A DNA stretch of 64,000 nucleotides from the human T2T-CHM13v2.0 reference genome, Homo sapiens. Positions 1 through 14,115 of this stretch are shown one piece after another. A program made the translations under genes and the position numbers. The first letter of the stretch is position 1, and each line of letters opens with the position of its first letter. The stretch is taken from the NCBI RefSeq assembly GCF_009914755.1, contig NC_060938.1; one strand, given 5' to 3'. A model generated the notes under the pieces. It made no database searches. It was not told the DNA's origin and was given only the letters and a program-made list of their open reading frames with translations.

Positions 1-1117
1 CACGGATATCCTGCGTGCTCTGGACGGCATGCTGACGGTGGTGGGAGGCAGACAGGTTTGTAGGCGCGAAGGGGTGGTTCGCTGGTGAAACCGTTCCTTC
101 AGGCCAGGAACGGCCTGAAGCCTGGGGGCCAGGCTACCAGTTCTGGGCGAAGTACACAGCCTGGAGTAAGAACTTCACTGATGACCATTCAGCCAGTCGA
201 ATGGTGCTTTTTTAGACCCTCCCATGGCCTCCCGCAGACCAATCAACACGCACTTTCTTCGTTCTCAGCACATCAAATTCCCAGACTTGGCCAGACTCAC
301 ACACGCAGCGGGACGACTTACCTGCAGAAAGGAGCTACCCACTAGGAGTCTCCTCTCTGCTGAGAGCTGGACACTAGTCAGGATGACCTGCCTGCAGAAA
401 GGAGCTTCAGGTCTACTGAGAGCTGTTCTGTCACTCAATAAAGCTCCTCCCTGCCTTGCTCACCCTCCAGTTGTCTGCATGCCTCATTCTTCCCGGATGC
501 AGGTCAAGAACTTGGGACTCACCGAATGGTGGGACTTAAAGAGCTGTAACACAAATGAGCTGAAATTCCTCCCCCCAGTCACCTCACCCCCCAACCAGCC
601 CCGCTGCTCACAACGTTGCAGGCGAGCGACAAAAAAGAAAGAAGAGCTGCGGCCCTTTGGAAAGCCCAGACCTAGGTGCTCTCCAAGCCAGGGCTGTGAC
701 ACTCTCTTTGGGACTCTGTGGTTCCTGGCATCTCCAAGCGTCTGAGCTCCATCGTGTTCCCCTCATCCACATGCAGGTGCCCACGGTGGAAGACACTTGC
801 ATCACATCTGATCCCGCCACAGCCTTACACGGAGCTGGCACATGTGCAGCACCTACAGCTGCCCACCCCAATGTAGCAGCCAACGTGCCAGGCTGTGCGC
901 AGTGGTTGGACCCTACGCTCACTCGCTCACACACCCTTTGCTTCTCTGCACCTGGCTCACACCCTTGTCAGGCATGGGATCCAGGCCGGTAGTATGGCTG
1001 AGCAAAGCCTGCTGGGCCGAATAGGTGGAACAAGCCCAGTGGGCCCAAGCAAAACTCAGGCATAGGCACTACAGACCACAGAGGTTGGAAAAGTGACACC
1101 CTAAGGATCCTGTGACA
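1..1117 (+). mobile_element. ERV1 LTR, MER52-like (5' end outside window)
   Basis: GC-rich; ends ...gtgacaccctaaggatcctgtgaCA as I recall for MER52; AATAAA at 437-442; internal repeated motif cctgcagaaaggagct (~320 and ~390). Confidence 0.8.
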
Positions 1118-2129
1118 ATGTGGCATTTGAAATAGAAAGAAAAAAAATCTTGCTGCATGTTTTTTGTCTTATCAATGACGGGAATTAAGATACATCTGAA
1201 TTGCATAGAACAGTTTTTAAAAATGAAGTCTCTCTACATAAATTATGAAAGTATAAAGAATTAAATATATTCAGATAATCAGAAATTTAAAATTCAATAC
1301 TCAAATCACTATACTGTTATTGTAAAGTCTGTCATTTTCTCATCTTGTTTTACTATGTGATTAGGTTGACGTAGGATCAGGGCTTTACTCACCGTTTGTT
1401 TTAATTCAATGTTCTTTTCTTTCCCACTCTAATATCTATAAAAAGAAAAATTTATTATAGCTTTATTTTTCTGCAATAAGAAAATATTTGGTTTTTAAAT
1501 AATTGATAATATTTTATCTCATACATAGTCCTTCATCACAAATAAGCGATTCCTGCAACTGTATAGGGCCCATAAAATCATGTTTAGTAAGAAGGTCAGT
1601 GTTGTAAGCTAAGGAGATTTTGGATAATGAATGACCCTGAAAAGTAAAATAATATTTTGCCATCTTATAATGATTTCTACATATGAAGAGCTAAGGTGGA
1701 TACTCCTAGCAGCTTTATTTTCTTTGTCTTTGAAATTAAATTTTAATAAGTTGAATATGTATTGAAATATAGACTGTCACATTTTTCAATTTGCAATAGA
1801 ATCAAAAAGAAGAAGTATTTGTATTCATATTTTTGGAGAAATATACTATGTCTAATCTGAAAACATTGACTATGTTTCCATTTTTGAAAATTATCTTAAA
1901 TGAATCCTTCCTCAAACGTCCCCTTGTTTTATCTTTTGAATCCATGAGTGGACACGTTTCAGTGCCAGCTTGGTCCTCTTTTAATATTTTAATTTTTTTT
2001 TTGGTCTTAGGGATCTCTTTTAGTTCCTCTTCTCTACTCTTTTTAAAAAATCTATGGCTTGAATTCATATATATATCCAGAAGAGGAGTAATTGTATATA
2101 TCCAATTACCTTACTTTCTGAGTTTCAGA

Positions 2130-2790
<661 letters not shown>

Positions 2791-2805
2791 AATTATGAAA
2801 CATAA

Positions 2806-3245
2806 TGTCTTAGTCTGCTCAGCTGCTATACAAAAATACCACAATCTAGGTGGCTTAAAATACAAAAAAAAAAAAAAAATCGTCCTATAGATCTGGAGGC
2901 TAGAAGTCCATGATCAAGGTGTCATCGAATTCAGTTTCTAATGAGGTTTCTCCTTTTGGCTTGTAGACAGCTGCACTCTCTATATGTCCTCACATGGTCT
3001 TTTCTCAGTGTGTAGGCAGAAAGATGGAGACAGAGAGAGAGGGAGAAAGGAGAAGAGAGACAGACAGATGAGATAGAACTGTGCAGTGTCTCATCTTATA
3101 AGGACATTAATCCTATTAGATCAAGGCCCAACACTTATGATCTCATTTAAACTTAGTTACTTCCTTAGAGGCCCCATCTCCAAATCACTGTATATTAGGG
3201 CTTTAACATGAATTTTGGAGGGGCACAAACATTCAGTCTATAATA
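2806..3245 (-). mobile_element. MaLR solo LTR (MLT1A/B-like)
   Basis: tgtcttagtctgctcagctgctat...tctggaggctagaagtcc..gatcaaggtg...catgaattttggaggggcacaaacattcagtc. Confidence 0.85.
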
Positions 3246-3608
3246 CATGGTAATAAGGAGAGCTGGTTTACACTATCCACCCTAATTTGCTTTATTATCA
3301 CTTATCTTTCAATCTATGCTGAACTTGACTGAATAGTTGCATGTTCATTTTATTCAAAAAGTATTTTTTAAGCATCCGTAATCTTCTAGGCAAAGTTATT
3401 ACCTGAGGAAACATCTGAAAGGAAACCAAACACTTTCTATTTTATAAAGCTTTAATTTTACTGGGGAAAGACAACAAATACATTATTAAATGCAGTGTCC
3501 CTCCCTACTTCTTCCATACCTCTTTAAATCCCCAAGCTCCCTTTTCAACCTCTCTCTTTCCCTTCCTCCCTTTCTTTCTTTCTCTCTCACCATCTTTCTC
3601 TCTCATGA

Positions 3609-4001
<393 letters not shown>

Positions 4002-5249
4002 TGAATCAGCTTGTACCCGATCCATGATGTTCAAATCACACTGTGGCAGTAAAATATGCTCATGCTTTGTCACAAAGTTCATTGAACTGACTTGTCTCCC
4101 TCCAAAAGGATAATGATGACATCTTCTTGTCTTCACCATTACGTGGTGACTGATACATAGTGGACACTCAATAAACACTCATTGAGGACAGGTGAGTAGT
4201 CATTCACTGAGTTTAATAACATTCAATTTTTTTATTTACCTCAGAAGTACCCAGAGCATTTAATATGAAAATGTGGAATCATTAAAAAATGTTGTATTCT
4301 GCTTTTTACAAATAATTTTATTATATAACTTTTTCTCACAGCATCTCTCAGAATTATTTATCTATATAGCTAATTTTTGATTAACACTCTTCTGTAATCT
4401 TTTCCTTTTCCCACACTTGGGCCAGGAGTACATCTCTCTGCGAGAGTTAATGATGCCCTTTACTCTCAACATTTGTAAGCTAATAAGAAACAAAATTGCA
4501 ATGCTTTCATAGATCAAAGAATCACATGGAAGTTCTTTTCTTTTAACAGAACTATTTTACAGTAATTCATTGATACCATCAAAGGCACATGTAGAATATA
4601 AAGGGCCTATTGTCAAAATAACTAAATAAATAGCCTCATTAAAATTTAACTGAGCATGCATGAATTAACGAACAATAAGTGTTTTCATAATAAACATTTT
4701 AAGTGCTAATTAGTTCCAATGGGGAGTCTTAAGATTACAATTTCTTTGAAACATGTGGTCTGCTGCAAACATACTGATATATAATAATAATTATAATAAG
4801 AAAAATATTGATGTAAAACACCTTATCAGTTGACCATAATGAATATAAACAATATCACTAAGCTGAACGTCATGAGATCTACATTCAATAAGCCAAACAA
4901 TCACAGGCTACATCATCAGAATGTGAATCTACATCATCAAAATAAATTGATGGTTAAATTTCTGTTGGGTCCCTTGAAATATAGATTCTGGTTCAATACA
5001 TCAGAGGTAGAGAGGCCTGATATTTTATATTATTCAAATGCCATAGATAAGATATTCCAAAACTTTCTATTTTCACAGAAACATAGTGGTTAGTTTTCAT
5101 TTCTTTCAGGACACCCTTAGGCCTATTAAATGCCTAATAGTTTATTCAGTGGTGGGTCTGAAAAATTTAATAAGTGTTTATGTCGTTAAAAACTTGACAT
5201 TTGAAAAAGTAATAGACATGTTTGAAAAAAATTTTTATTTCATTATTAA

Positions 5250-5662
<413 letters not shown>

Positions 5663-6179
5663 TCCACATTTACTTTTGTGCAGCACTTGCTTCTCATTAC
5701 AGCAACTATCAAAAGCCAAACTATTGACTTAATTTTGTTCTTTTCTACCTTAACATGAATGATTCCTCTTCAGAATCTGCTTTGCAGAGCTCTAGATGTT
5801 TCTTGGCAATGCCAATTAACAAAGTAACTAATAGGGTGATACTGCAGGTATCAGAGCAATAGGTATGAAAGCAGGTCCACACTGTATTATTTATTTTATT
5901 TGCATATGGTCATTAAGAGATATGGCATGCATCAAAATATTTGCAAACCAACCCTAAAGGAGATATATGCGTATCTCCTTTATATATATATTCACACACA
6001 CATCAGCTCAGTCGTAGCATGCTATATATTAATAATTTTTTATCAATATTGGAAACCATCACATTTTCATGTAATTATTCATCTATATCATATTCAATAT
6101 TTTTAAATATTTTACCTTGTGAACCGATTGCTTAGATAGAAAAAAAAGGGTTATTTAATTAATAGAATAAGATATATGT

Positions 6180-7069
6180 TGTGTGGGGATCCTGAAGAAC
6201 AACCTCAGGTTTAATGATTCACTGTAAGGACCCAGAGAACTCAGAGAAGCTTCTATATTCATACTTGTGACTTATTATAGCAAAAAATAAGTTATAAAAA
6301 CAGTAAAGTGAAAAGGTGTATGGGTGAAGTTCAGAAGAAATCAAGAGCAATTCTGTAGATTTTAAGAGACAGTGGTTAATTCTCCCAGCAACACGTTTGA
6401 GTAACGAGGGAAGCACACTCGATCTTTGGCATCCAGGGTTTTAATTGAGAAACAGTCACATAGGCATGCAGAGTCCCATGTGACTAACCTTACTACTCAG
6501 TCTCCAGGCCTCCAGAGGTCAGGTTGATACAGAGAGACTCAAATACTCGAGCATACAAAAATAGGCATTCATCATTAATCACATGATTAGCACAAACTAT
6601 CAGACTTGCCCAAGGTCTTGGGTATACAAAAACTCTTCTACCAGGCAGATGATTTCAAGGGCTTAGAACTTACCTCCCAAGACCTTACCAAGTTCCATCC
6701 TTTTCTTTGGAATGTGCAGAGTTTAAGTAACCCTGGCCACGTGTGGTGGCTCATGCCTGTAATCCCAGCAATTTGGAAGGCTAAGGTGGGTGGATCACTT
6801 AAGGCCGGGAGTTCGAGACCAGCCTGGCCAAAATGGCAAAATTCTGTATCTACTAAAAATGCCAAAAATTACCCAGTCATGGTGGTATGTGCCTGTCATT
6901 CCATTTACTTGGGAGGCTGAGGCAAGAGAATCACTTGAACTGGGAGGCAGAGGTTGCAGTGAGCCAAGATCGCATCCCTGCACTCCAGCCTGGGCAACAG
7001 AGGGAGACAGACCTTGTCTCAAAAAAAAAAAAGCAGCCCTAACTGGCCCAGTTAATCATTTTTTGCACA
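6180..7069 (-). mobile_element. ERV solo LTR (MER21/MER68/MER77 group), interrupted by an Alu
   Basis: TG...CA ends; ctcaggtttaatgattcact..ggacccagagaactcaga start and gttaatc..ttttgcaca end resemble this group. Confidence 0.65.
6735..7032 (+). mobile_element. Alu (S/J), full length, nested in LTR
   Basis: ggcc...gtctc plus A12; TSD aag(t/c)a(a/g)ccct. Confidence 0.95.
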
Positions 7070-7317
7070 TTTACAATTTGGCTTTAATATAAATACCAAC
7101 AACTGTGCTTCACTTCAGATTATTTTTGTCAAATCATTCTTCCTATCCTATTTGTTCACTATTACATTTTTAACCCCCAGTTTTATATCTCTTCATATTT
7201 AAGAGCTTTATTTTACACCTTCTTCCCTCTTTTTGGCATTAGTCAGCTAATTTATACCTTATATACAACATGCTCTTTCAAACTCATCAAAAGTATTGAT
7301 ATATAAAAACATCTCAT

Positions 7318-8502
7318 ATTGCACATATAACTAGAACTGGAAAAATCAACAAAATTTTTTTAAGCCTGTCAATATTGAATTTCGATATGGGCTTAAAACA
7401 GGAAGATACTGACTCCTCAAACATATGACCTCCTATTCTATTTTTCTTTCTTACTTGACTGATAAGTGGAATTGTCATCCTTCATATTTTTAACACTAAA
7501 AATTACCCACAGTCTGATTGCAGCCAATCTGAAATTGGAGAAGGTAGAGAGCCACCACCACTGCCACCACCAGGAAATCCTGTGTTGAACTGTGCTGGAG
7601 GTGATGTTTCCATAAATCAAAGGAGAGGAATCAGTGTCAAATTAGAATTATACACTATCAAGCTTTATAATAATTTCAAGGATAGAAGAAATGAGGAGGC
7701 ATACATGAAGTAAAGAGAGGTCAAAGACATCACATATGGCTCCCAGATCCTTCTTTTCTGCATCACACTCTCTGGTCCAGAATAGATGATACTTCAAAGG
7801 AGGTTTGCAGGTCCTCTCACAACAAGAAGAACATTTAGAATATAAAACATGTCCATTCATATCTATATGTACACCCAGATTATACAACATTTGTCAGGAA
7901 GCCTTGCTTCATTAATCCATAGATCTTGGGTTTGGTTACCATAAGCAATCCTAAGCTAAGGATATTCTGCTCAAACTATCCTATAGATGAGGACTCTCCT
8001 ACTAGCAAATATCACTGGTCTATTTACCATAAGATCAGTTATCAGACTGTTTACAAAGAGATTAGACCAGCTCACCTGGTCTTCTTTCTTTCTCCAGGAA
8101 CACCTTTTTCTCCACCACAATTGTAATCAGTAGTTAGGAGAGAATTGAATTATGGTCCCGATGTTGAAACTTCTTCATCTCCATTTTATAATTTCAGAGA
8201 AGGATACGGAAGAGAGAATGTTAGGGATTTATTCCATGTTACTATTAATCTATAAATCTAACTTTTTTTTCTTTATGTACCATGTAGTTTTAACAAGTGA
8301 TAATGAGCATGCATTGCTCATATAATGGGAAAAATCAAAGGAGTATTTCTCTTGTCTCTGTTAACTGAACCTTTTTATGGGCACACAACAGTAAGATACT
8401 GACTCTTCAAAGACATAACTTCCCATTATAAATTTTATTTCTTACTTGAATTAGAGATGCAATTTGTCAACCTTCAAATTCTAAAACTATAAGTAATCCA
8501 CT
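7318..8502. repeat. Diverged direct repeat, ~190-bp copies at ~7318-7512 and ~8313-8502
   Basis: Collinear blocks attgc(a/t)catataa, ggaaaaatcaa, tatgggc, aagatactgactc(c/t)tcaaa, tttcttacttga, ttgtca.ccttca; 32/40 identity at 7401-7440 vs 8391-8430. Confidence 0.8.
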
Positions 8503-10287
8503 GAAGTTATTAATAAGCTTTTCCTTTAAATTAATTGCTAAATAGCTCATTAATTTTTATATATATAATATCTGCCAATTTGTTAACTCATTCATTTTCT
8601 TTTATAATAGCTTCCACAAAAAACAAAGAGTAAACAAGATGCGATCCTTCCTTAAAAAATAATGTAGGCTTTTACAGTTTTTAATATGCTTGTTCTTTTT
8701 AATATTCTTTGCTTTAGTGCATGACAAGAGTTTATAATTTTCCCACAGATTGAATAAAATGCTTAAACTTGAAAAGTAATTTATAAATATTCTTTGTGCA
8801 ATCTACTTACTTTACATACTAAAAACTAAATGGTTAAAGTAACTGGCCTTTACACAGTTCTTCAATGTCTCTGTTCTCGGCACCTTTTATATAGTACCTA
8901 GCAACTGAAATAATTCCTGAATTTGCCATTATGCTCTCCAAATTACGTTCTACTACTTATTCAGTTGCTCCTAAACTCAACCCAACATATAGATTTTAAT
9001 TTAAATAAGATTTATTTTATTTAAAAACCTCTGTGTATTCTCCTCCTTATTCACTGAACGTATCATAAATTATATGCATCATATTCAGCAGTAGAGAGTG
9101 ACAATGTCTTGCTTTTAAACAACTCAGAAGATTGATGTAACATGTTTAAAAATATTGTCTTAAATCATCTAAAATTCTCATCTAATTTTTAATTTAGAAA
9201 TGTCACAAACTGGGAATTCATATAAAATGAAAAGATGATGTGTAATTGAAGTGAAATTTAAATCAGTCAGAGAAAGTACAGTTGAATTTAGGGAAATTCT
9301 CATTAAGTTAAAGTACTTATTAACTTTCTGTTTCCTTTGTATATATACACCAAATACAGAGATGATTAATGCATTATGTGCATCATCTTTCTTGTTAATT
9401 ATATTCTAATGTAATCTCAAATGACAGTATAATAATCTTGTATATTTATAAATTCTATTTTCAGACAACACTGCCACTTTAGAATCCAATGCATATCCTC
9501 AAAACACCAATTTGTTGGATTCTTAAGCATATAAAGTGAGCATCCATCATGTGATAAACACCACATCAGGGACTGAATACCGCAGAAAACCAAAGTTTTA
9601 CTCTCAGGGAGTCACTGTCCCAGTGGAAGGCACAGGCTAAAATTCCCAATTTATAGTATAGTAGTATAAGCCCAAATATTGTGTATATACGGTGGCCTAT
9701 GAGAACAAAGACAAGGAGAACTGAATTTATCCAAGAGGTTGGTATCAAGGTGAATATTATCTAAGGGAATATGAGGGCTCACAACTCATAAACAAAGACA
9801 TGTATTGCTCTGTTATGGAAGTTTCCCACTTCAAATAAGAGCCAACTTAACACTATTATTATCATTTCTATTCAGTGTCTTTTAGCAATGCAAACAGACA
9901 TTAAATGAAAATAAGTGTATATACTGGAACAGAGAAAAAATTATAAAATAGGTAAATGATCCGATATTACTATTAATAGAGAAGAATATTTTTCTCTCTA
10001 GGACTCAAATGAACAAAAAAAGTTAAAAAAAAAATACTGTACCTTGTATTCTATGACAAATTAAATCAAATCTTTCAAGTAAGCACTTTTCCTGTTGGGT
10101 ATCAGAGAAGAACATTTTGAGCTTCAACATTGGAAACTTAAAGTTTTGTCTAGTTTAAAGGCTCTCCTTTGGAAAATTCAGCCTCTGTAAGGTAAATACT
10201 ACCCAACTCCCCCTCTCCAAGAGGACACCTGGTTGTATTTGTAAGAGTAAGTAGCATAAATAATTCCATAACTGGGAGGAAAAATGG

Positions 10288-10915
10288 GAGCTACAAGGGT
10301 CCATACTATTTTCTGCAGCATGCTGATCTGGTTATTGGACTGGGGATTGCTGCAAACAAGTCCTGATATGCTGTTAGGACCAATGTGTCACTATCCACTA
10401 CTTATGTATATGTTCCCAGCTGTGTATCTCTCTTTGCAAGAGAAAAGCCCCTTTGTTCCAACTTCAAGCCTCTGTTGGTCCACGAGTTCTCTTAGCAAAT
10501 TCCTGTCCCCTAACGGTAATGTGACTGTTTCCTGATTCTCTATGTGGAATACTAAGACATGTGGAGTGAGAAGTTCTACTTAAGTCTTTGTCTTGCACAT
10601 TTCCCTGTGCCACTATTGTCCAAATTTTCCCAGCAGGGCACTCGTGCTAGTATTCTACATAGGAGCTGGGAAAGAATGCTTTTTTTCTTCTTCCCCTTCT
10701 ATCTATTTAGCAAAACCCCTGACTTTAAAGAGGAGATCAGTCCACAAGTGTCTATTTGTCCCTCCTGCCTCTATCCCATAAACTCTTTTCCACAATACAT
10801 ATTTGGATTATGTGACACACTGGTCCTAACAGCATATCAGGGCATGTTTGCAGCAATCTTCAGTCCAACGACCAAATCAGCCTGCTGAAGAAAACAGTAT
10901 GAACACTTGTAACTC
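10288..10915. repeat. Inverted repeat: 104-bp arms (10288-10391 and 10812-10915), 420-bp spacer
   Basis: Hand alignment: ungapped, 90/104 identical. Confidence 0.95.
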
Positions 10916-12474
10916 TTATTCCTACTTATTCTTCCTGACCTCAGGAATTTCTCATTTGTCACAGCCCCAGCCCCTTCTCCACAAGAGATTTGCTCTGTTC
11001 CTTTCACAGATTCCCAAATTGTGAATTGCAAGCAAACAGAGAAGCAGGTTGAGAAATAGGGAAAGATGAAGTAAGAGAGTTACCAAAAATATTATTCTTA
11101 TTATAGCCCGAAAAAACTCAAGAACATCAAGTATAGCTACACAACATGTAAAGTCATAAATTTCCCATATGCCAGCAGAAACTGGCTAGAAAATATCTAC
11201 GTGTATGGTTTGTTTCCATATATGAAGCCAGACAAGAACATATTTGTAGCAGTATATTTGGCTAAGTTTGAATAGATTAATTTTGTGAGACAGCATTTTA
11301 AAACAATTAAATTGTATTCACTTGAAATTGTAAAATTCCAACATTGGAATCAAATTGCTATTCAAGAAATAAGAGAATTTCCATCTGTGACTTTAGAATT
11401 TCACCACAAATTGCTATATGGGTTTTTTTTGTAAGTATATAACATGAGCAACAATGCGTGGGATATTTACATGGGCTCTGTTCTATAAATTTTTAATTTA
11501 TCTAAATATCAAACAACAGATCAATACAGAAATAATCATTATTGCAAATAAGTTTTGGTCTTTGACTTTCATTATTTTAGTAATTTTAATGTTAAAATAT
11601 GACTATAGTGTAAGATACCATCTGTTTTCCTATGTAGAAAAATTCCCTTATCTAAACACTAAATGTGTAATTATTCAAATGTTGAAAAACCACTATCCTG
11701 TAAGATTACCTAAAAGAAGGATTTTGGTGATCTTATTTAATATAAAGACTTCCAAAAATTAGTTGTGCCTTTTTAAGCTAACTAATTTCTACTTTCCCAC
11801 TGAAACTTCAAAATTTGGGTGACTTTATAGTTACCCTGATTAAAATGCTGACTTTTCTTACAAGGTCACACACATAGAAATAGTTGCCTGAGTTTAAGGC
11901 AGATTGCTGTTTTTTCAGTGATACATTAACTCTTCTAACTCTACAAGATTGGCTTTAGTGTCAATGCTATGCACACGCACAGCAGCAACTGCCTAGTGAT
12001 ATCTCTATCTTCAAGAATAATTCTTGTGTATCACTGATATTGCAATGGAATGTCATTATTAGCTATGATTTTTTAAATAAATTTGTTAAATTTGGAGCTT
12101 TATATACTTGTGGAAAGAAAATTATACTAAATTAAAATTAAAATGTACATATACAATAACTCAAATATATAATGTAAATATATATTTATGAATGAAATAT
12201 ATGTGCTATAAATGAGAATAATGATGAACCATCAATTTATACTTGATTTTCTGGTTTCTTTATGTAATTTAAAAGATACTTTTTTAAAGTATGGGTTATA
12301 GTAAACTATTATATTGGGACATCATAATTTTATTTTTATTATGATTTGAGACAGGATAATTTAGTAATCGTCTTTGGAGTTTCAAAGCCCTAGTTTAAAG
12401 TCTAATTTACCACATGTTGACATAAGTTTCCTCAACCATAAAACTGGGTATCTACCCTGTAAGTTTTCTTTTGT

Positions 12475-12548
12475 TATTATTCCTGAGCATAAAGTAAATG
12501 GTATATTATTCCTGAGCATAAAGTAAATGGTATCCATAAAGTAAATGG
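12475..12548. repeat. Tandem duplication, 29-bp unit x2 plus partial third copy
   Basis: tattattcctgagcataaagtaaatggta at 12475-12503 and 12504-12532 (identical), then tccataaagtaaatgg. Confidence 0.95.
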
Positions 12549-12774
12549 ATAAATATTAGCTTTAAAATAGTTTGCTAACCCAAACAATCACAAGCTCTTC
12601 TTTCAAAAGTTACAATGTGTACATTTAAGTATAAGAAATTTACGGTATGATTTCTAAATCAAAAGACGCAACTAGTAAGTTGTTCAGCATTAGTGCTCAA
12701 AGAACAGCACATTCATCTCACAGTCATAGAAACAGTCATTTCAACTACTAAATCAAATTAAAATCTAGAATTAT

Positions 12775-13320
12775 TTCTACTTCTTCTTTGGAAGTAGAGA
12801 AAAATCAAATATTAATAACCTTAACAACAAGAAAAACTTGGATAATCTATAAAACCATATTTGTTTAATCCATCAGAGAGCTGAGAAAACAAAGCAAATA
12901 ATGAAATGAAACCCAAAAGGTGTCTTGCTTCTCTCCACTGAGATCAGTCATATAGATTGTTTCACCTTGGTAGCGTATGAAAGGAAGAGATAGCCACATA
13001 GAGACAAATAAGAAGGAATTTTTAGCATTGTTAAAGATGAAGTGGAGGCTAGTGGCTAGTATGAAAGTTTAAAATCCCTGAGATCCCAGAAACAAGGAGA
13101 CTCTGTACCTGCTTACCAACTCTCTTCCACAGTCTTCCATAGACTGCTTGGGAGTACTACTACTAGTATGACAGAAGATCTGAGGGAGACCTCCATCATG
13201 ACTCAGGTGTGCAAGGGGTGCCTAAATTTCAAGGTAAAGTAAGAGAATCTTGTGATGAGCTTGAGTATTTGAGTATCTGTGGACAATCAAGGAAAATAAA
13301 CACAAAATAACATTATCTTA
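12775..13320 (+). mobile_element. Ancient L1M 5'-region fragment
   Basis: aacaacaagaaaaacttggataatctataaaa..ccatcagagagctgag motif, similar to the segment at 39650-39760. Confidence 0.5.
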
Positions 13321-13329
13321 CCCAAACTT

Positions 13330-13846
13330 TGTTGGGAGACCTTTCAGAGATAGTGGAATGGGGCCACCATCCTGAAAGGGAAGTGGGGAGGACAACTCCC
13401 AGGAAAAGGGAGACAGGTCATGTCATTCAGCAGCAAGGTGGGGAGTCTCTGGATCAGAGAGCTCTGAAAGGCAGCAGTGGTTCGGGGTCATTTACAGCTA
13501 CAGATTTTGTCTAATCTATGGCCAGCAGATGTTGGGTGCAGTTTCGCAGATTATGAAAAGCAGGCAGGTGCTAAATGGATAAACACATTTTAAATGGGAC
13601 TATATTTAAAGCAACTAGATGTGTAGGGATTTGAGTTTAGTGCTGGCTGGCTATTTGCTCCCAGTCTTCAATTGCTGTGAGGAAGTAAACAACATAGGGA
13701 GTAATATGAATTGGCCATCTTTAGGCCATTTATATAACAAATCTAACGAAAGTTGTCTGTACTCTAAGACCTGTATGAATAAAAGCGGTTTGCTATTAAT
13801 GGAGAATGAATATGCTGTGCCCTGGAGCTTGCTCTGATTTTAGACA
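13330..13846 (+). mobile_element. Probable old solo LTR (family uncertain)
   Basis: TG...CA bounded GC-richer block with AATAAA near the 3' end (~13778). Confidence 0.45.
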
Positions 13847-13899
13847 AATGCTACATGTGGATTTGATAGGTGTCATTTTTAGACAGAAGTTTTTAGGAA

Positions 13900-14115
13900 A
13901 CAGTGCATGATTCTTCTGCTCTTTCCAAGTTCCATAATGACAGCTGCTCTTTATGATGACTCAGTTGGCTTCCATGAGTGAGCTTAACATAAAACAGAAC
14001 ACCAACAAAGTCAAAATGAATATTCAGTGTGAGCAAGAAGTATACCCTTGTTCCAGGCTACAAAGATTTGGGGTTGGTTTGTGGCCACCACATGAACTAC
14101 CCCAATATGGTTTGA
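13900..14115 (+). mobile_element. MLT1 LTR 3' fragment
   Basis: gtgagcaagaagtatacccttgtt..agatttggggttggtttgt motif. Confidence 0.5.

Noticed and set aside
85-1024. Overlapping ORFs up to 173 aa in the GC-rich start
   Set aside because: They lie within a MER52-like LTR; GC-rich sequence gives long chance ORFs; no recognisable domain. The GC richness is LTR-derived, not a gene CpG island.
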